Source of the DNA: Podarcis erhardii
Taxonomy: Eukaryota
Direction: 5' to 3' (one strand)
DNA: 64,000 nucleotides
NCBI GenBank assembly: GCA_964252035.1
Contig: OZ176201.1
The position numbers were made by a program, and so were the translations under genes. The first letter of the stretch is position 1. Each line of letters begins with the position of its first letter. The notes under the pieces are model-generated. The model did no database searches. It worked only from the letters and a program-made list of their open reading frames with translations, and had not been told where the DNA came from. Of this stretch, positions 39,954 to 52,913 are shown piece after piece.

Positions 39954-41699
39954 GTAGAATAATTTTTAAGAAATAAACAAGGCATATTTCAAGTTAGCTT
40001 CATTTTTAATTATTTTTTTTCAACAACAAAAATGCAAAAGCTATAATTTTTGTACATTTCTTCCCCCTTCTCAATACAATTTCTTGAGCAGTAACAGTGT
40101 GTCCGTTCAGTACCGTTAGCGTTTCATGTTTCAGAGACTCCATTATGGCCAATAAATGTTGGGTGGGTAAGAAACAACTCAAAGGTGCATGGTCCTACTC
40201 AAAATCCTCCATCAAAGTGCCACCACCCTGTCCTCCTGCATCTAGCAGAAGAGACATTGCTTTTAAAATGTTTCACCTCCCATTCCCTTTGCCACCGCCC
40301 CCCCCCCCCCCGCCCAAACAATTTAAACAGCTGTGATTGCTCTGAAACTATCCAGCCAATACAGATACCCCAAATGAACTGGGAAGAACAAAGCCGGAAG
40401 GGGAAGAGAGACCAAAGATCCAAAACACATTTAAGGGCACTATGAGTACTTTTGATCAGGCCAGTGTGTCCGCTTCTAGTGCGGGGGATCAAAATGATAT
40501 TAGTCACCATTACCTGCACTCTCCAGAAAGAACTGATGCCATTGGATTGAAATGTTTTCTAAATAAGTAAAATGCATGGCCCTGTGCATCTATTCATCAG
40601 TTTTCCTCTACCTGGGCAATCTTTCCCTTTGACACTGTGGTGGAGCTCCTGAATCTCTGTTAAAATTCACTTAACCACATTGCAGGGGTAGGTTGCAGCA
40701 TAGTACATATGACTGTTGATGAGCTTTTTGGTGTCAATATAGTGAACACTGCTGAGAAAATTAATGTTATACCCATTAGTTAAAAGCATATGATGCACTT
40801 GAACTGCCCATATATGCAGGTGAACAATGTAGCATATAACTAGAAGTTTGCCCACACTCATCCATTTCAGACAAAATCCCCCCAATGAGATGAACCCCCG
40901 AGGGGTTCTGGCTCAGTCTTGTAAGCTCTTACATCAGTTTCTGTCTGTGTCAAGAAACATAAAAGCCCAGGAACATTTGTGCAGCAAATGGTATCATCCC
41001 TTAAGGAGCTCCATTGGGAGTTCCCAGGGCTTTTTTTCCAGTTCTGGCACCTCTCTTTTGGGCTCCATTGCCTTTCTGATAGAACAGGGGAGGTGTTCGT
41101 GGTGAGTTCTGGCACCTCTTTTTAAGAAGAATAGCACTGTGAGTCCCTAGGACAAAGGCAGTGCCCCCATCTATCCCCACCCCCCTGCATCCTGGAGACA
41201 TTGGATAGTGTGAAGGGACCAGAATGCATGTGTGGTTTCCTGCACATGATGAGAGCCTATGCAATGATAAGACAAAGTCACCTTCAGTTTCAGTGAGGGA
41301 GATAAAGCCATGGAAAAGTGATAGGTCACCAAGGAAGGTGAGGACAATGCAATTTACCCCATGGTCCTCTTTGCCACCCCTCCCAACTATAGTTCATAGT
41401 TGCTCCTGAGTGTCCTCCCAGGCATTGCGGAGCCTGTTCTGCACCTAATGACAAGTGGTCATTAGGAGATTTGGGGTGAGGTGGTCTCAGTATGCTGATG
41501 CTACCCAGCTCTGCTCTGTAACATCAGGAGAGAACTGTGCAAGCTATAGATTGGTACCTGGACTAGGGGCTGGATAAGAGCCAGTAAACCAGCTCTGAAT
41601 CCTAGCAAGGCAAAGGTGCTGTAGTGAGTGTTTCCCAAGTCCAGATAATTGGTCAATTGCCTGTTTTGGATAGGGTCATACTCCCCCCCCCCCCAAAAA

Positions 41700-42318
41700 A
41701 AAAGCAGGTTTGTAGCTGGGGATACTCCTGGATCCATCTTTATCATTAGAGGCCCAGGTGACCTCAGTGGCTAGGAATGCCTTCTCCCAGCTTCAACTGG
41801 TAAGACAGCTACAGCCATTTCTGGATCAGAATATCCTGACCGCCAGGCTGGATTACTTACTTCAGTGTACTTGCCTTTGGGGTTGGTCCAGAAGCTGCAG
41901 CTGTTGCAAAATCTGGTGCTTAGCTACCAGGCTAAATTCGTGGTGCTGGTTTTGCTGTATAAAGACCTATACAGCATGGGACCAGGATACCCAAAGGATT
42001 GTCTTACACCTTAGATACCTAGTCAATCATTGTGCTTTGCAGGTGAGGGCCTCCTCAGAAGGTCCATCCTGTACAATGTCAGAATTGGGCCCTACCATTT
42101 GGAATTCCCTTTCCTTAAATAGTAGATAGGTGCACCTAACGAAGATCTTCCTCTTTCATCAGGCCTTTTAAGATGAGATCTTTACCAGTCTGCATCTGTA
42201 CTTGAATTGTTTTAAAGATGGTTTTATTATTTTATCCCTTGTGGTTCACTGCCTTGGGCTTCTTTGAAAGGAAGGGCAGGGTATAAATTTAATTAATAAA
42301 TAATAAATAAAATAAATA
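41700..42318 (+). mobile_element. L2 LINE 3' fragment with internal deletions
   Basis: LDPSLSLEAQVTSVARNAF..LQLVRQL, RLDY, LVQKLQLLQN remnants; tail gggcagggtataaat(ttaataaa)n. Confidence 0.75.
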
Positions 42319-42586
42319 ACATCACATCTAGTTTGGTGCTGATAATGATTTATAAAGCTCGTTCTGAGCATTTAAATCAGTATTTAACCAGTATGCAATT
42401 AGAGTTCTCACTTGCTATGCATTTTTTTTTCATAATTGAAGTTTTTCTGTTGTATGTATCCTAGAGATCACTTTTGATCTACACCACTCTCCTTAACCAT
42501 GGCATAAGCATGGCCACTTGGTGCTGCATTCATATGGCAGCAGCTGATAATGCAATTTAGTACTGAAGCATAAATTTAGGAAACAA

Positions 42587-42670
42587 TACTGAATAATGAA
42601 AAATAGGATTTTGATTGATGGTCCTTTTTACTGAATAATGAAAAATAGGATTTTGAATGATGGTCCTTTT
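42587..42670. repeat. 42-bp tandem duplication (one mismatch)
   Basis: tactgaataatgaaaaataggattttga(t/a)tgatggtcctttt at 42587-42628 and 42629-42670. Confidence 0.92.
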
Positions 42671-45138
42671 TCAGTACACTAGGGTATGCTACCCATGTTA
42701 AGCCTGCTCGGTCACCAACCTGCCATTTGAGCTTGTGGGAATCATTGTCCGGATTAGAACACATGGCACATGACTTGCAGGTGTTAGTGTGCTTGGCACT
42801 TGAAAAACCATCTGTCTGGAAATGAATTGAAACTGGTAGAATTGGGCTTGTATTATGCGGGTCTTCACAGAGTTTTATTATGGTTTAAGCACCAGTTTAC
42901 TAGTTCAGACTTTTGTGCAAGACAGACAGTATTCACCTTCAGCTGCCAGTTAACAAGAGCCTAGAAGTGCAGGACTATACTCATTACCTCTTACACATGT
43001 ACAGGCTAGCAACAGAACACATGCCCAGGTAGAGCTACTTCTGGGTAAAAGTTAGACTCAAGTCTTGGGCTCCATCAACCAACTTGCCTATGGGTTGCAG
43101 TTCATTCTGCAGTTGGGATTGCTCTCTCATGCCCTTCCGGCTGCCCATAAAAGAATAAGGGAGGTGGGGAAGTTCTTGTAGTTGTTCTAATGGCTCTTTT
43201 GATCTCTTTGCATAACTTAAAACAGACACCCATGCCTTTTCAGTGCTTCTGCCTCCATAATGGTGTAACTTCCTACAAAAGAACACAACCCAAGGGGAAG
43301 TAGTTCACTACTCTTAACCAGAGACGAATTAACAGCAACTAACCTTTTTCTCTGCCCCCTTCTCTCTGCTGCTCCATGCCTCCTTCTCTGTCAATGCAGT
43401 TCTAACCTATCAGAAGCTTTTCCCTTCTGCTCCTCCATAACTTCATATTCTAACCCTAAACCTTTTATGCATCTCAGCAGCTGATCATCAAGCTACATCT
43501 TCTTTCTCCTTTTCTTCCCTAAGTCTACCACTCATACCCAGAGCTTCCCCTCTCACATTTTCTATGTTATGTGTGTGATCTCTCTTTCACCCTTCTGAAC
43601 CATTGGGTTTCTATTGCTGGTTCATGGCACAGGTATTGAAAAGCTCACTCTCACTTGAAAGGGTCCTTGGATTCTGCAAGTTTAGTGTGGGGAGAAGGGG
43701 GAAGATACAAAACTCTGCCAGTTTTATCAGTGGGGATAGACTCTGTAGTAAAGGTTTCAGTGCAGTCTGATGCCACAGAAACTGTGTAGTGAACATGCCA
43801 CTATAGGATGAGAAATGTAGGAAGATTTGGGGAGAGGATACTCAAATCCACCCAAGCAAGAGCAGTAAGTAAAGATGAATGTTTGAAAAGGCCATGGTGA
43901 GTAGGAGGCAGTAACTGAAATAGGTTTTTCAGATGAAAGATTATACTACTGTATCCTGATGGCAGCCAGCAACTAATACTTCCTTCAGACTATAATATCA
44001 GACCAGTCGTTGTACTAAAACATACGTGAAATGATCAGAGTGCTGGGAGAGATGAGGTCAGTTTGCTCACATTGCTCTGCCAATGGAAGAACCTTGTGGG
44101 AGGGGTGACTTGCACAGCTATGCAAGTGCCACCACACCTTTCCTATCTCTGGTGCTTGTGTGGTTCTTCACATGTAATTCTACCCCTCCCACATGGTTCC
44201 AGCCCTTTTAGGTTACCAAAGTGGAAGCCATAAGAGAAGTGTGATCATTTAAAAACAATTACATTTAAAAACAATATGATCAAATACAGAATCAAGGACT
44301 AAAAATTATTGAGTTCATCTTACAATGAAGTGTTCACTTCAGCTATATATTCAGCTATATTTCATGCACAAAAACCTGTCTGATTTTTGCAGGACAGGCA
44401 AAATCTGGATATGATGTTAGGCTCTCATCTGTCCAGTGACTTTAGGTTTGTCTTTAAAGTTCAGGTTTCTTAAAAGTGAGCCAAGCAGTTCATTCCTGCT
44501 GTTCATTCATCAAATTATAATATAGCAGATAAAATAACTCTAAAGTTTCAGTGCGGTAGAGATGTGACCACACTGTCTGCCTACATGAAGTTGGAGAAAC
44601 ACTCTTCACACAAACAATTTGTCATTCATCCATACACACCGCCCAGGCTTGCGCCCCAGGGATGTCACTTCAGTGCTGCTAATGCAGAGTTTGACTTCAC
44701 CCCTGGATATGCGCTGCATTGACTTGCAAGACTGATGGATGCCAACATGGAGAATGCTCTCATTCTGCACAGATGCAGGGAGGATATGTTGTCTGTAAAC
44801 ACAAATATCTTCTTCCACAAGTTGGAGTGACTGCTGTGCCAATGACACACAGAATCCTGAACATCTTTGACATTATTAAAAAGCAAAAATGTGCTGAACA
44901 TGATAAATATGGAGATCATAGATTTTCAGCTTATTAGGTTCATCCATTGTAACAGGAACAAAGATAATGCAGATATGTACCTTTCACACTGATTTTTTCC
45001 GTCACTTTTTGAGTGGCAGAAGCCATTAGCATGTGATTTCCATGTAATTCAAGATTCACACCCACTTTTAGTATAAATTGTCTTGCTTTGTTAATTATGG
45101 GCGTGTGAATAGGCTCCATGAGAAGACCCTGATTTATA

Positions 45139-45658
45139 TTTTTTATATATATATAAATATTTTTTAAAGTTTTTAAATATAAATGCACAAATAATAAACA
45201 ATCTTACTTCTGTCACAAACATAGTTTCATCACTTCTTTGGACTCCCTCACGTCTCCCGCTCCCATTTACATCATTAAAAGTTTTTTTCCCAAACAAATT
45301 ATCAACTTGTTTACAATCTCATATCCACTCATTCAAATATAATCTAGCAATTCTTCCAAAAAATTTTTATATTTTCTTTAGTCTCACTTATCATCAAATT
45401 TAAATCTAATTTAGTGGTGGCCAATTTTTTATAATCTAGCATCCTTCTTAACATTCAACCAAATTACAATGTTTTTGTAGATACATCTTAAATTTCTTCC
45501 AGTCTTCCTCCATTTTCTCTTCTCCCAGGTCTCGGATTCTGCCAGTCATCTCGGCCAGTTGCATATAGTCCATCAGCTGCATCTGCCACTCTTCCAGTGT
45601 GGGTAGATCTTGAGTTTTCCAGTTTTTTGCGATGAGTATCCTTGCTGCCGTTGTTGCA
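45139..45658 (-). mobile_element. 5'-truncated young L1 insertion (antisense)
   Basis: Open ORF2 C-terminus 45657->45448 (ATTAARILIAKNWKTQDLPTLEEWQMQLMDYMQLAEMTGRIRD...EDWKKFKMYL...VEC*). 19-bp TSD gagaagaccctgatttata at 45120-45138 and 45659-45677. Confidence 0.9.
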
Positions 45659-46829
45659 GAGAAGACCCTGATTTATAAACCAGTGCCTCTGTGTAATCTC
45701 CAAAAGGGTGCAAGTCTGCCAGCAACTCCATAAGGAATTGTATGTTGGCTTTCATTGAACCATGACTGTTTCTGAGATTTGAGCTAAAAGTGAATCTGAA
45801 TTGCTGCAGGCATTGCTTTGTCACATTCATACTGGTTCTTAACAACTACCCCAGTTCTTAATAATTGGTTCAAAAACTGATGCTAATATTTTTACCCCAC
45901 ACATGGAGGTTTCAAAAATGCTTTCTAGTTTGATTTTTGTCTTATATTGATATCAGCACATCTACAATGTGGGTCAGACAATTAAATCTTCATATGAAGA
46001 TTTGGAAAATGTATTTGCCAGTCACTTGTCAATTAGGTGGCTTAAACAAGTGAAGAATCTCCATGGTAGTTGCTCCGCAGGAAAATAAATTATCCAGTCA
46101 CTGCTTTGCACCACCAGACTACTTTGCCAGCCTATATTTGAACAGAAAATCAGGTCCTCAATCTTCCTACAGTTTGATTAAAAGGAAGAAGAGGCCAAAT
46201 GCCCTGGCAGGCTGCCTATTTATCTTGGCACTGAGTGCAGGGTCAAGTGCCACCATTGGGCAGTTGTTCCCATGCCCAGGGGAACACCCACAAGGCCCTG
46301 CTGCCATTGGTCAATTTGGCAGCAGAGAGCAATCCAGCCTGCCATATGCCGGTTCATGAGAACGGCTTGGGGCCTGCCTGCAAAGCCGCCCATCCCAGAA
46401 GGGCAAACGGACTTTCTCTTCAATGCAAATCTCCATATATATATTTTTTGCTGTACTAACCTGCCATTGATTATTGCTTTGAATTTGAAGAAATTAGAAC
46501 ATACACACTTCTTTTTATATATATATTTTTTAAAAACCTGCCCAAACTTTTAAAGAAAGTTTGCACCTATGGGACTACTATAAGAAGAACTGCAACCTGA
46601 TATTGTTACTGTTGAAATTCCAAATTCTATTCCTCTATCATTGGTGGGAAACCAAGTGTTCTCTTTCCACTCATCTTTTTGTCACAGCTCTTGAGTTCTT
46701 GGATACTTCAATGCACTCTCAGTATTGCCTTTCATCTCGTTTCGCTCAGTTCCTGCAGCCAAAGAGGCAGAAGAGTTCGTAGGCTGATAACACTGCATAA
46801 CAATTTTTGACAAAAGTCATGCCTCTGAG

Positions 46830-46990
46830 ATAAAAGTAGCCATTTCTTATAGATTTTGAGGTGCTGAATACGAATATGACAATGAAAACGCAAAATCGGC
46901 TACAGTTTCTCAGAGATCTGCAATCATTTATTATAATTTGAGTATGACTATATGCTACTAAAACAGTAGCTGTTTGAGAAACGTGAGTTA
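46830..46990. mobile_element. Possible Chapaev-like DNA transposon subterminal fragment
   Basis: tttcttatagattttgaggtgctgaatacgaat resembles, from memory, a motif near Chapaev-type ends. No TIR pair or TSD identified. Confidence 0.35.
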
Positions 46991-47574
46991 TTTGGCTTGA
47001 ATACTATCTAACTGAAGAAGCAATACATTGGATAGTGGATATGGAAGATATGGAAAGAGGGCAGGTGAAAGGTAAAAAAATGTGCTTTAAAAAACCCAAC
47101 CACCAGTTAACAACTAGAAGATTTGAAAGGCTACAAAGAAAATGTTATCCTGCCCTGTCAGGCACATACACATTAATAGTCAGCCCAGTGTTGAATATAT
47201 ATCTATGAACAATCTGGATTTCATATGCTTACCTGAAGCCCAGTATTGTTTGCTCACTTACTTTGATTGGAAGTGGCTTTTCAAGGTCTTAGGTAGAAGT
47301 TTCCCCCCATCATCTGCTTCCTCATCCTTTTAACTGCATATGCATGTGAATGAACTTGGGACATTCTATGTACAAAGCATATACTCCACCACTGACCTAT
47401 GTCCTGTCTCCTGGAACACTCAAAAGCTAAAGCCTGTGAGTACCAACAAACTATACTGTATTGCCATACTTGCTAAGGTGCTGATACAGATGGAAGGCCC
47501 TCCACACAAATTAAATATGCTGTGACAGTCATAGTAACTGCTGTTTGCTGCACACAAATGTCAAAAAGGAGCAT

Positions 47575-47637
47575 TGCAGGGAGTTTAACTAGATTACCCT
47601 TTGGGTCTCTTCCAACTCTACAATTCTATAAGAATAT
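47575..47637 (+). mobile_element. CR1 3' tail
   Basis: aactagattaccctttgggtctcttccaactctacaattctataagaatatg. Confidence 0.6.
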
Positions 47638-48332
47638 GCAAAGTTGCAGTAAATCACGTCTACCTAGCCCAAGTGTGTGGCAGAGGTTCTTCAAGGTATT
47701 GGGCTAATGGCTTTCCCAGCTTTTGTTTCCTGAGACCCTTCAACCAGAGATGCCAGAGATTGAATCCAAGACCTGCAAACAATTTGTTGTACTACTAAGC
47801 TAAGCCCTTTTTCCCACCTAGAGGGAAAGTCATCCTTGGTATCTAACTACTTTCATGCCTCAGTTAATTGCGACAACCCCAGGATAAGAAAAACAACTCA
47901 ACTAAGTACATGCTGGTCAGAGAAGAATAAAATTCCTTAGGAGGAATTTGAAGGGACTTGGTGGTATTGCAGTTAGGGTGCAGGCTGCGTTCGCAGAATA
48001 CCTCTTGCATTTTTGCTATTCTTCAGACAGGAGGCACAAGTGACCATGTTTTGAAAAAACCACCACTATGCTAACTTCTCAATGAAATATTGAAATCTAG
48101 TCCTAAGTTGTGGAGAGTCACAGGAAGATACGGAACCATTGTGAGTCCGCACTGCAGTCCATGCCTCCTGTCACGGGATGATTTGCAATGATCATGTTAT
48201 GGCTGGAGAAGAGCAGCACACTGATGAATCGTTTCTGAATGGGGGCAAAAATCTAATTAGCCTTGATGCAGATGGAGTTGTTAAAAGTGGTTAATGGCAG
48301 TATTAGGCTCATCATGTAAGGCTAAGCAATTA

Positions 48333-48465
48333 GGTAGGGCGGGGTAAAAAATCTAGTACCCTCCAGATGTTTTTGGACTATGGTTCCCATCATCCCTGAC
48401 AATTAGCAATGTTGCCTTGGGGAGTTGTAGCCCAAAAACATCTGGAGAGTATAGGAAAGCTTTGT
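48333..48465. mobile_element. Short hAT-like MITE copy
   Basis: Inverted arms ctccagatgtttttggacta (48361-48380) and tagcccaaaaacatctggag (48428-48447). Confidence 0.7.
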
Positions 48466-50243
48466 TTGTACCATGTTGACTTTTTACATAAGGAAATGCA
48501 CATAGCTACCTGTGCCTTAGACCCTGGTAAGGCATCTGGTTTCAAAAGAGACTGTATGCAGGAGCTTGTATTGGGTGTCAGGAATCCCAGGTTAGCATAG
48601 ACTTGGTGAAAGGAGGATGAAGAGATGGGAGAAGGAATGTGGTGTGTGGAGCTCAAGGTAAATGAACTTTAGGCTAGAGGCCTTGGTGTCAAGACTCATA
48701 GGTCTCATTCCTAGCTGTGCTATTTCCATATCTGTGCTTTACGTCCCAGCTTTACAAAACCCTTTGAGTAAAAATAATCTTTTCAGTGCAATACACTATA
48801 ATAATCTCTCTCCTCTGTAATGGCCCACTCCTCTGTAAATCTTCCATGTCCTTCCCATTCGCTACCATTGTCCATAAATCCCTTGGTTCATTCAACCATG
48901 ACATCAGCTGTCCAGAAAACCAGAGAGAGATAAATTTGTTCTGCAGTTCCCTTACATATTTGTGGGGAAGAGAATTGGGATTTCTGAGTGCCCTATTTGC
49001 CCTGGTAAAGAATTGCTGCCTGTATCCATTCACCCCCACCATTATCCCTTATTCACTGTTGCTGTCCCTAATCATACAGAGATCCCAGGGTTTATTCTGC
49101 ATGAGACAGCAATCCAAGGGACCCAATTCTCCTACAGAATTGGCATTTTCATAATCATTAGCCTACATACACTATGGCTAACATGATTTGGCTCTTTCAT
49201 CTCCCTTACTGTTGCAATCCATGCTTGCTCCAGTGCATGGAAAAGCTAGGGCGCTGTCCCCAAATAAGCGCACTGTGAATTCTGTGCCATTGAAACACAC
49301 ACACATGCACACATACAGAAATTCAAATTCAGTAAGCAGAAACTACAAACTATAAGTGAATTTTTTTATGAACAATACAAATCTGTATGAATATTTCTAT
49401 AACATTTTGTTTTTGTTTTGGTTGGCATTGAGATATTTTGGGTCAATACAAGAAATGCTTCAGGGAATTGAATGCAGCAAAACAATAGGGGGAAAGTGGA
49501 TATAGAATGACTCTGGAAGAAGGGCATGTGGTATGGGTGTGGGGAGGAGGGGAGCCACAAGCAACTGCTACACCCAGGCCTAATATCACAGTTTGTGATA
49601 TAAGAATAGCTGCAGTGTGGTAACATTTGAAGGAAGACAATTCTGTGGGTGGAAGCAGCAAGGTAGTTTACAAACCCATAAAAGTTCTGCAGGTCCTGGG
49701 AGAGGTCACTGCTCCTATGGGAGGTAACTATGCTGCTGGCCCCAGCCACATGAATCCATTGTTACTAGAGGTCACCCATGCTGTAGCAGTTCCTATGCCA
49801 TTCATAAAAGCAAAGTAACACTCATGGTTTATCTACAGTTATATTTCCTCTACTTCTTCCAGGCACAGTCTGCGCTTTAAAACACCACATTCAAGTGCTC
49901 TCTCTTTTTTTGCCCCATCGCATTCCCTGCAAAAACCCACTCTTTAAAGTTCAATCAGAGCAAACAGCAATCTGCTGGGAAACACAAATTGATGCTTGCT
50001 CCAATTGGGTTCTAAAGAGCAGGTTTTCACAGGGAAAGCTTCAAAGGGGGCAGGGACCCAACAACTCTTGGACATGGAGCTTTTGAGTGCAAACCTGTGT
50101 CTGGAAAGAGCAGGAGAAATGGTAGCTGTGGATAATCCCCCAGTCTTGTAGACTGCCAGAATCCTGGGGTATCCACTGAGGGTTTATCCACACTTTCTCT
50201 TGTCCCGCTGCTTTCCTCCAGGGAAAACTGCTCTTTAGGGCTC

Positions 50244-50795
50244 AAGTTATCTCTCGCTTGGACTACTGCAATGTGCTCTATGTGGGGCTACCTTTGAAGG
50301 TGACCCAGAAACTACAGCTAATCCAGAATGCGGCAGCTTGACTGGTGACTGGGAGCGGCCGCTGAGACTACATAACACCGGTCTTGAAAGACCTACATTG
50401 GCTCCCAGTACGTTTCCGAGCACAATTCAAAGTGTTGGTGCTGACCTTTAAAGCCCTAAATGGCCTCGGTCCAGTATATCTGAAGGAGCATCTCCACCCC
50501 CATTGTTCTGCCCAGACATTGAGGTCCAGCGCCGAGGGCCTTCTAGCGGTTCCCTCACTGTGAGAAGCCAAGTTACAGGGAACCAGTCAGAGGGCCTTCT
50601 CAGTAGTGGCACCCGCCCTGTGGAATGTCCTCCCACCAGATGTCAAAGAGAAAAACAACTACCAGACTTTTAGAAGACATCTGAAGGCACCCCTGTTTAG
50701 GGAAGCTTTTAATGTTTAATAGACTATTGTATTTTAATATTTTGTTGGAAGCCACCCAGATGGGCGGGGTATAAATAATAAATAATTATTATTAT
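50244..50795 (+). mobile_element. L2 LINE 3' end, relatively well preserved
   Basis: Encodes VISRLDYCNVLYVGLPLKVTQKLQLIQNAAA...ITPVLKDLHWLPVRFRAQFKVLVLTFKALNGLGP...FRRHLKAPLFREAF with stops; tail gatgggcggggtataaat(aat)n. Confidence 0.9.
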
Positions 50796-51890
50796 ATTGT
50801 AATCCGAGCAAATAACAATTGAGGTTCCCCCCAAATTGCCATTTGTTCCAATCTATCGCTAAAGAGCATGTTTTCCCTTGGAAAGGAACAGGGCAAGGGA
50901 AAACTTCTTGGACCCGTGCTTTCTAGGCACGGCACAAGTGGAAAAGTCGACAAGCCCTGAGTGAGGCAGTCACCAAGAGGTGTGGCTATTGAGTTCTGGT
51001 TGCAAAGCAAAAATATAATTTCTACAACTACTGTTAAACTTTTGGTCAACTGCCAAAAAGTCCAGAGAGTCCATCCCCAGTCCTCTGTGAATTCTGAATG
51101 TAATGCAAAAGAAAGGTCTAAGGGATGAGAAGGAAAATAAGGTTGCTTCATCTTGTTTTATGAGGTGCCTCACCTTTGGGATCCACAACAGATCCTGCAT
51201 ATGGCCCAAAAGAAAGGCTTGACTCTGCAAGATCTTCTGACAGGTTGAATTAAGTTATGTGACAGAAATGGATTTGATGCACAGGCCATGTACCTTGTTC
51301 ATGGACAGCTCAGGAACACAAGGTAATGTGAGGGCACAGGCAGCATTCTTACCAAATTGCCAAAGAGGAGGAAATTCTGAGCACCCAAGTACGAAGCACT
51401 GAGGAAGATCTGTTCAGTCTAATGCAGGCTGCTCTCCCAAGATTTACAGGTTTTCTGGACATCAGATTCCTGAGGGATCTTCCTACTTAATGTGTCATCA
51501 TCATTATCATTACCATCATCTATATGTGTGTCTCCCTCTTTCTTTCTCCTCTTCCTTCAGAGTTTTTGATCTCATCTGTCATTCTGTGCACCTCTGTTCA
51601 GTGACATCCACTTAATGAACCCCAAGGACCCTGACCGTCTAACCCCCATTTCCATTGGTCCTATCTCAGCTAATGCACTAGCTGGTCAAGCCCCACCCTG
51701 AGCATCTTGTGTGATCTCCAGCCCACAGCCTTGGCTCAGGAATGGCACATGGCCCATAGTCTGTCAATTTCATTTCTTTCTTTTCTACCTTAAGGATGCA
51801 CCCATTTTTTGCACCAAGAGCCCACAATCCGGATCTCTCCCTTAGAGCAATCTATACCAGAGCTATGAATGAGTCTCAACGTGTTCTCTG

Positions 51891-51936
51891 TGCATGCTTT
51901 TGCACTGTGCTGCATGCTGCATGCTCTTTTTGCATG
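51891..51936 (+). promoter_or_regulatory. Cluster of four TGCATG (RBFOX-type) motifs
   Basis: TGCATG at 51891, 51911, 51918 and 51931. Confidence 0.65.
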
Positions 51937-52094
51937 CTCTAGTCTTGCGCATTTGATGAAATCTGTTCTGTTGAATGTTTGTGTGCATTCTCCTTGGACC
52001 CCATCCCTTTACCACTGCTGTCTACTGCTGTCTTGGATAGTTGGGATTTTATTTGGGTTTTTCCTTTGTTTTACACTTTTTTACTTTTATATAG

Positions 52095-52122
52095 ACAATG
52101 AGCTCTTTGGGGAGAACTCTGT
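52095..52122 (+). other. Candidate 28-nt frameshifting (poison) microexon
   Basis: T-rich tract, tatag|ACAATGAGCTCTTTGGGGAGAACTCTGT|gtaagt. No transcript evidence. Confidence 0.4.
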
Positions 52123-52772
52123 GTAAGTTTGGAAGAGGACCTTAAAAGGGATACATTCTGGAGAGGAGAGATTACATCATGAGAGACTTAGTTGGATAGG
52201 ACACATGGGACTCATCTACAGCTAGGGGATGAGAGTAGCTCTAGTGACCCAAACTAGGAGTCTAGAATATTCCTATTTCTGAAAACTGATTGGGATACAG
52301 TGGGCTAGAACAGAAGCCAGGAAACTGCCTCCAGTGTCTCCTTGCAGAGGTCTTCAGACTACAGTCATCTCTGGCTAAAGTCATTGGCAAAAACCCAGTA
52401 GATAATCTTGCAGAATGTTTATGGTAAATTTCAGTGGGATGAATTTCTAAGCAACACGTTTAGGAGTGCAACCAGGTCCATACAGTTATTATGTGGGGTT
52501 ATTTCCAGGCCCATCTTCTAGTAGCTGATGTGGAATCCACATACCAGTATCTGAAAGCAGTTGGGTGAAAGCAAAATAAAGTGTGATAAAAGCCAAGTAT
52601 AGAGATAATACCATATTTCAACTGGGCTCTGGTCCTCATGAAATTGGGTGGGAAGTGAGGTTAATTCATGAATAAGAGGATTCAATGCAAGACAAAGTTA
52701 TTGAACTCAGAGTTCTCCCCAGAGCTCATATACTCCTCTGTGCATGATAACCTGGGTGGTGGGGAGTTGTGA

Positions 52773-52913
<141 letters not shown>

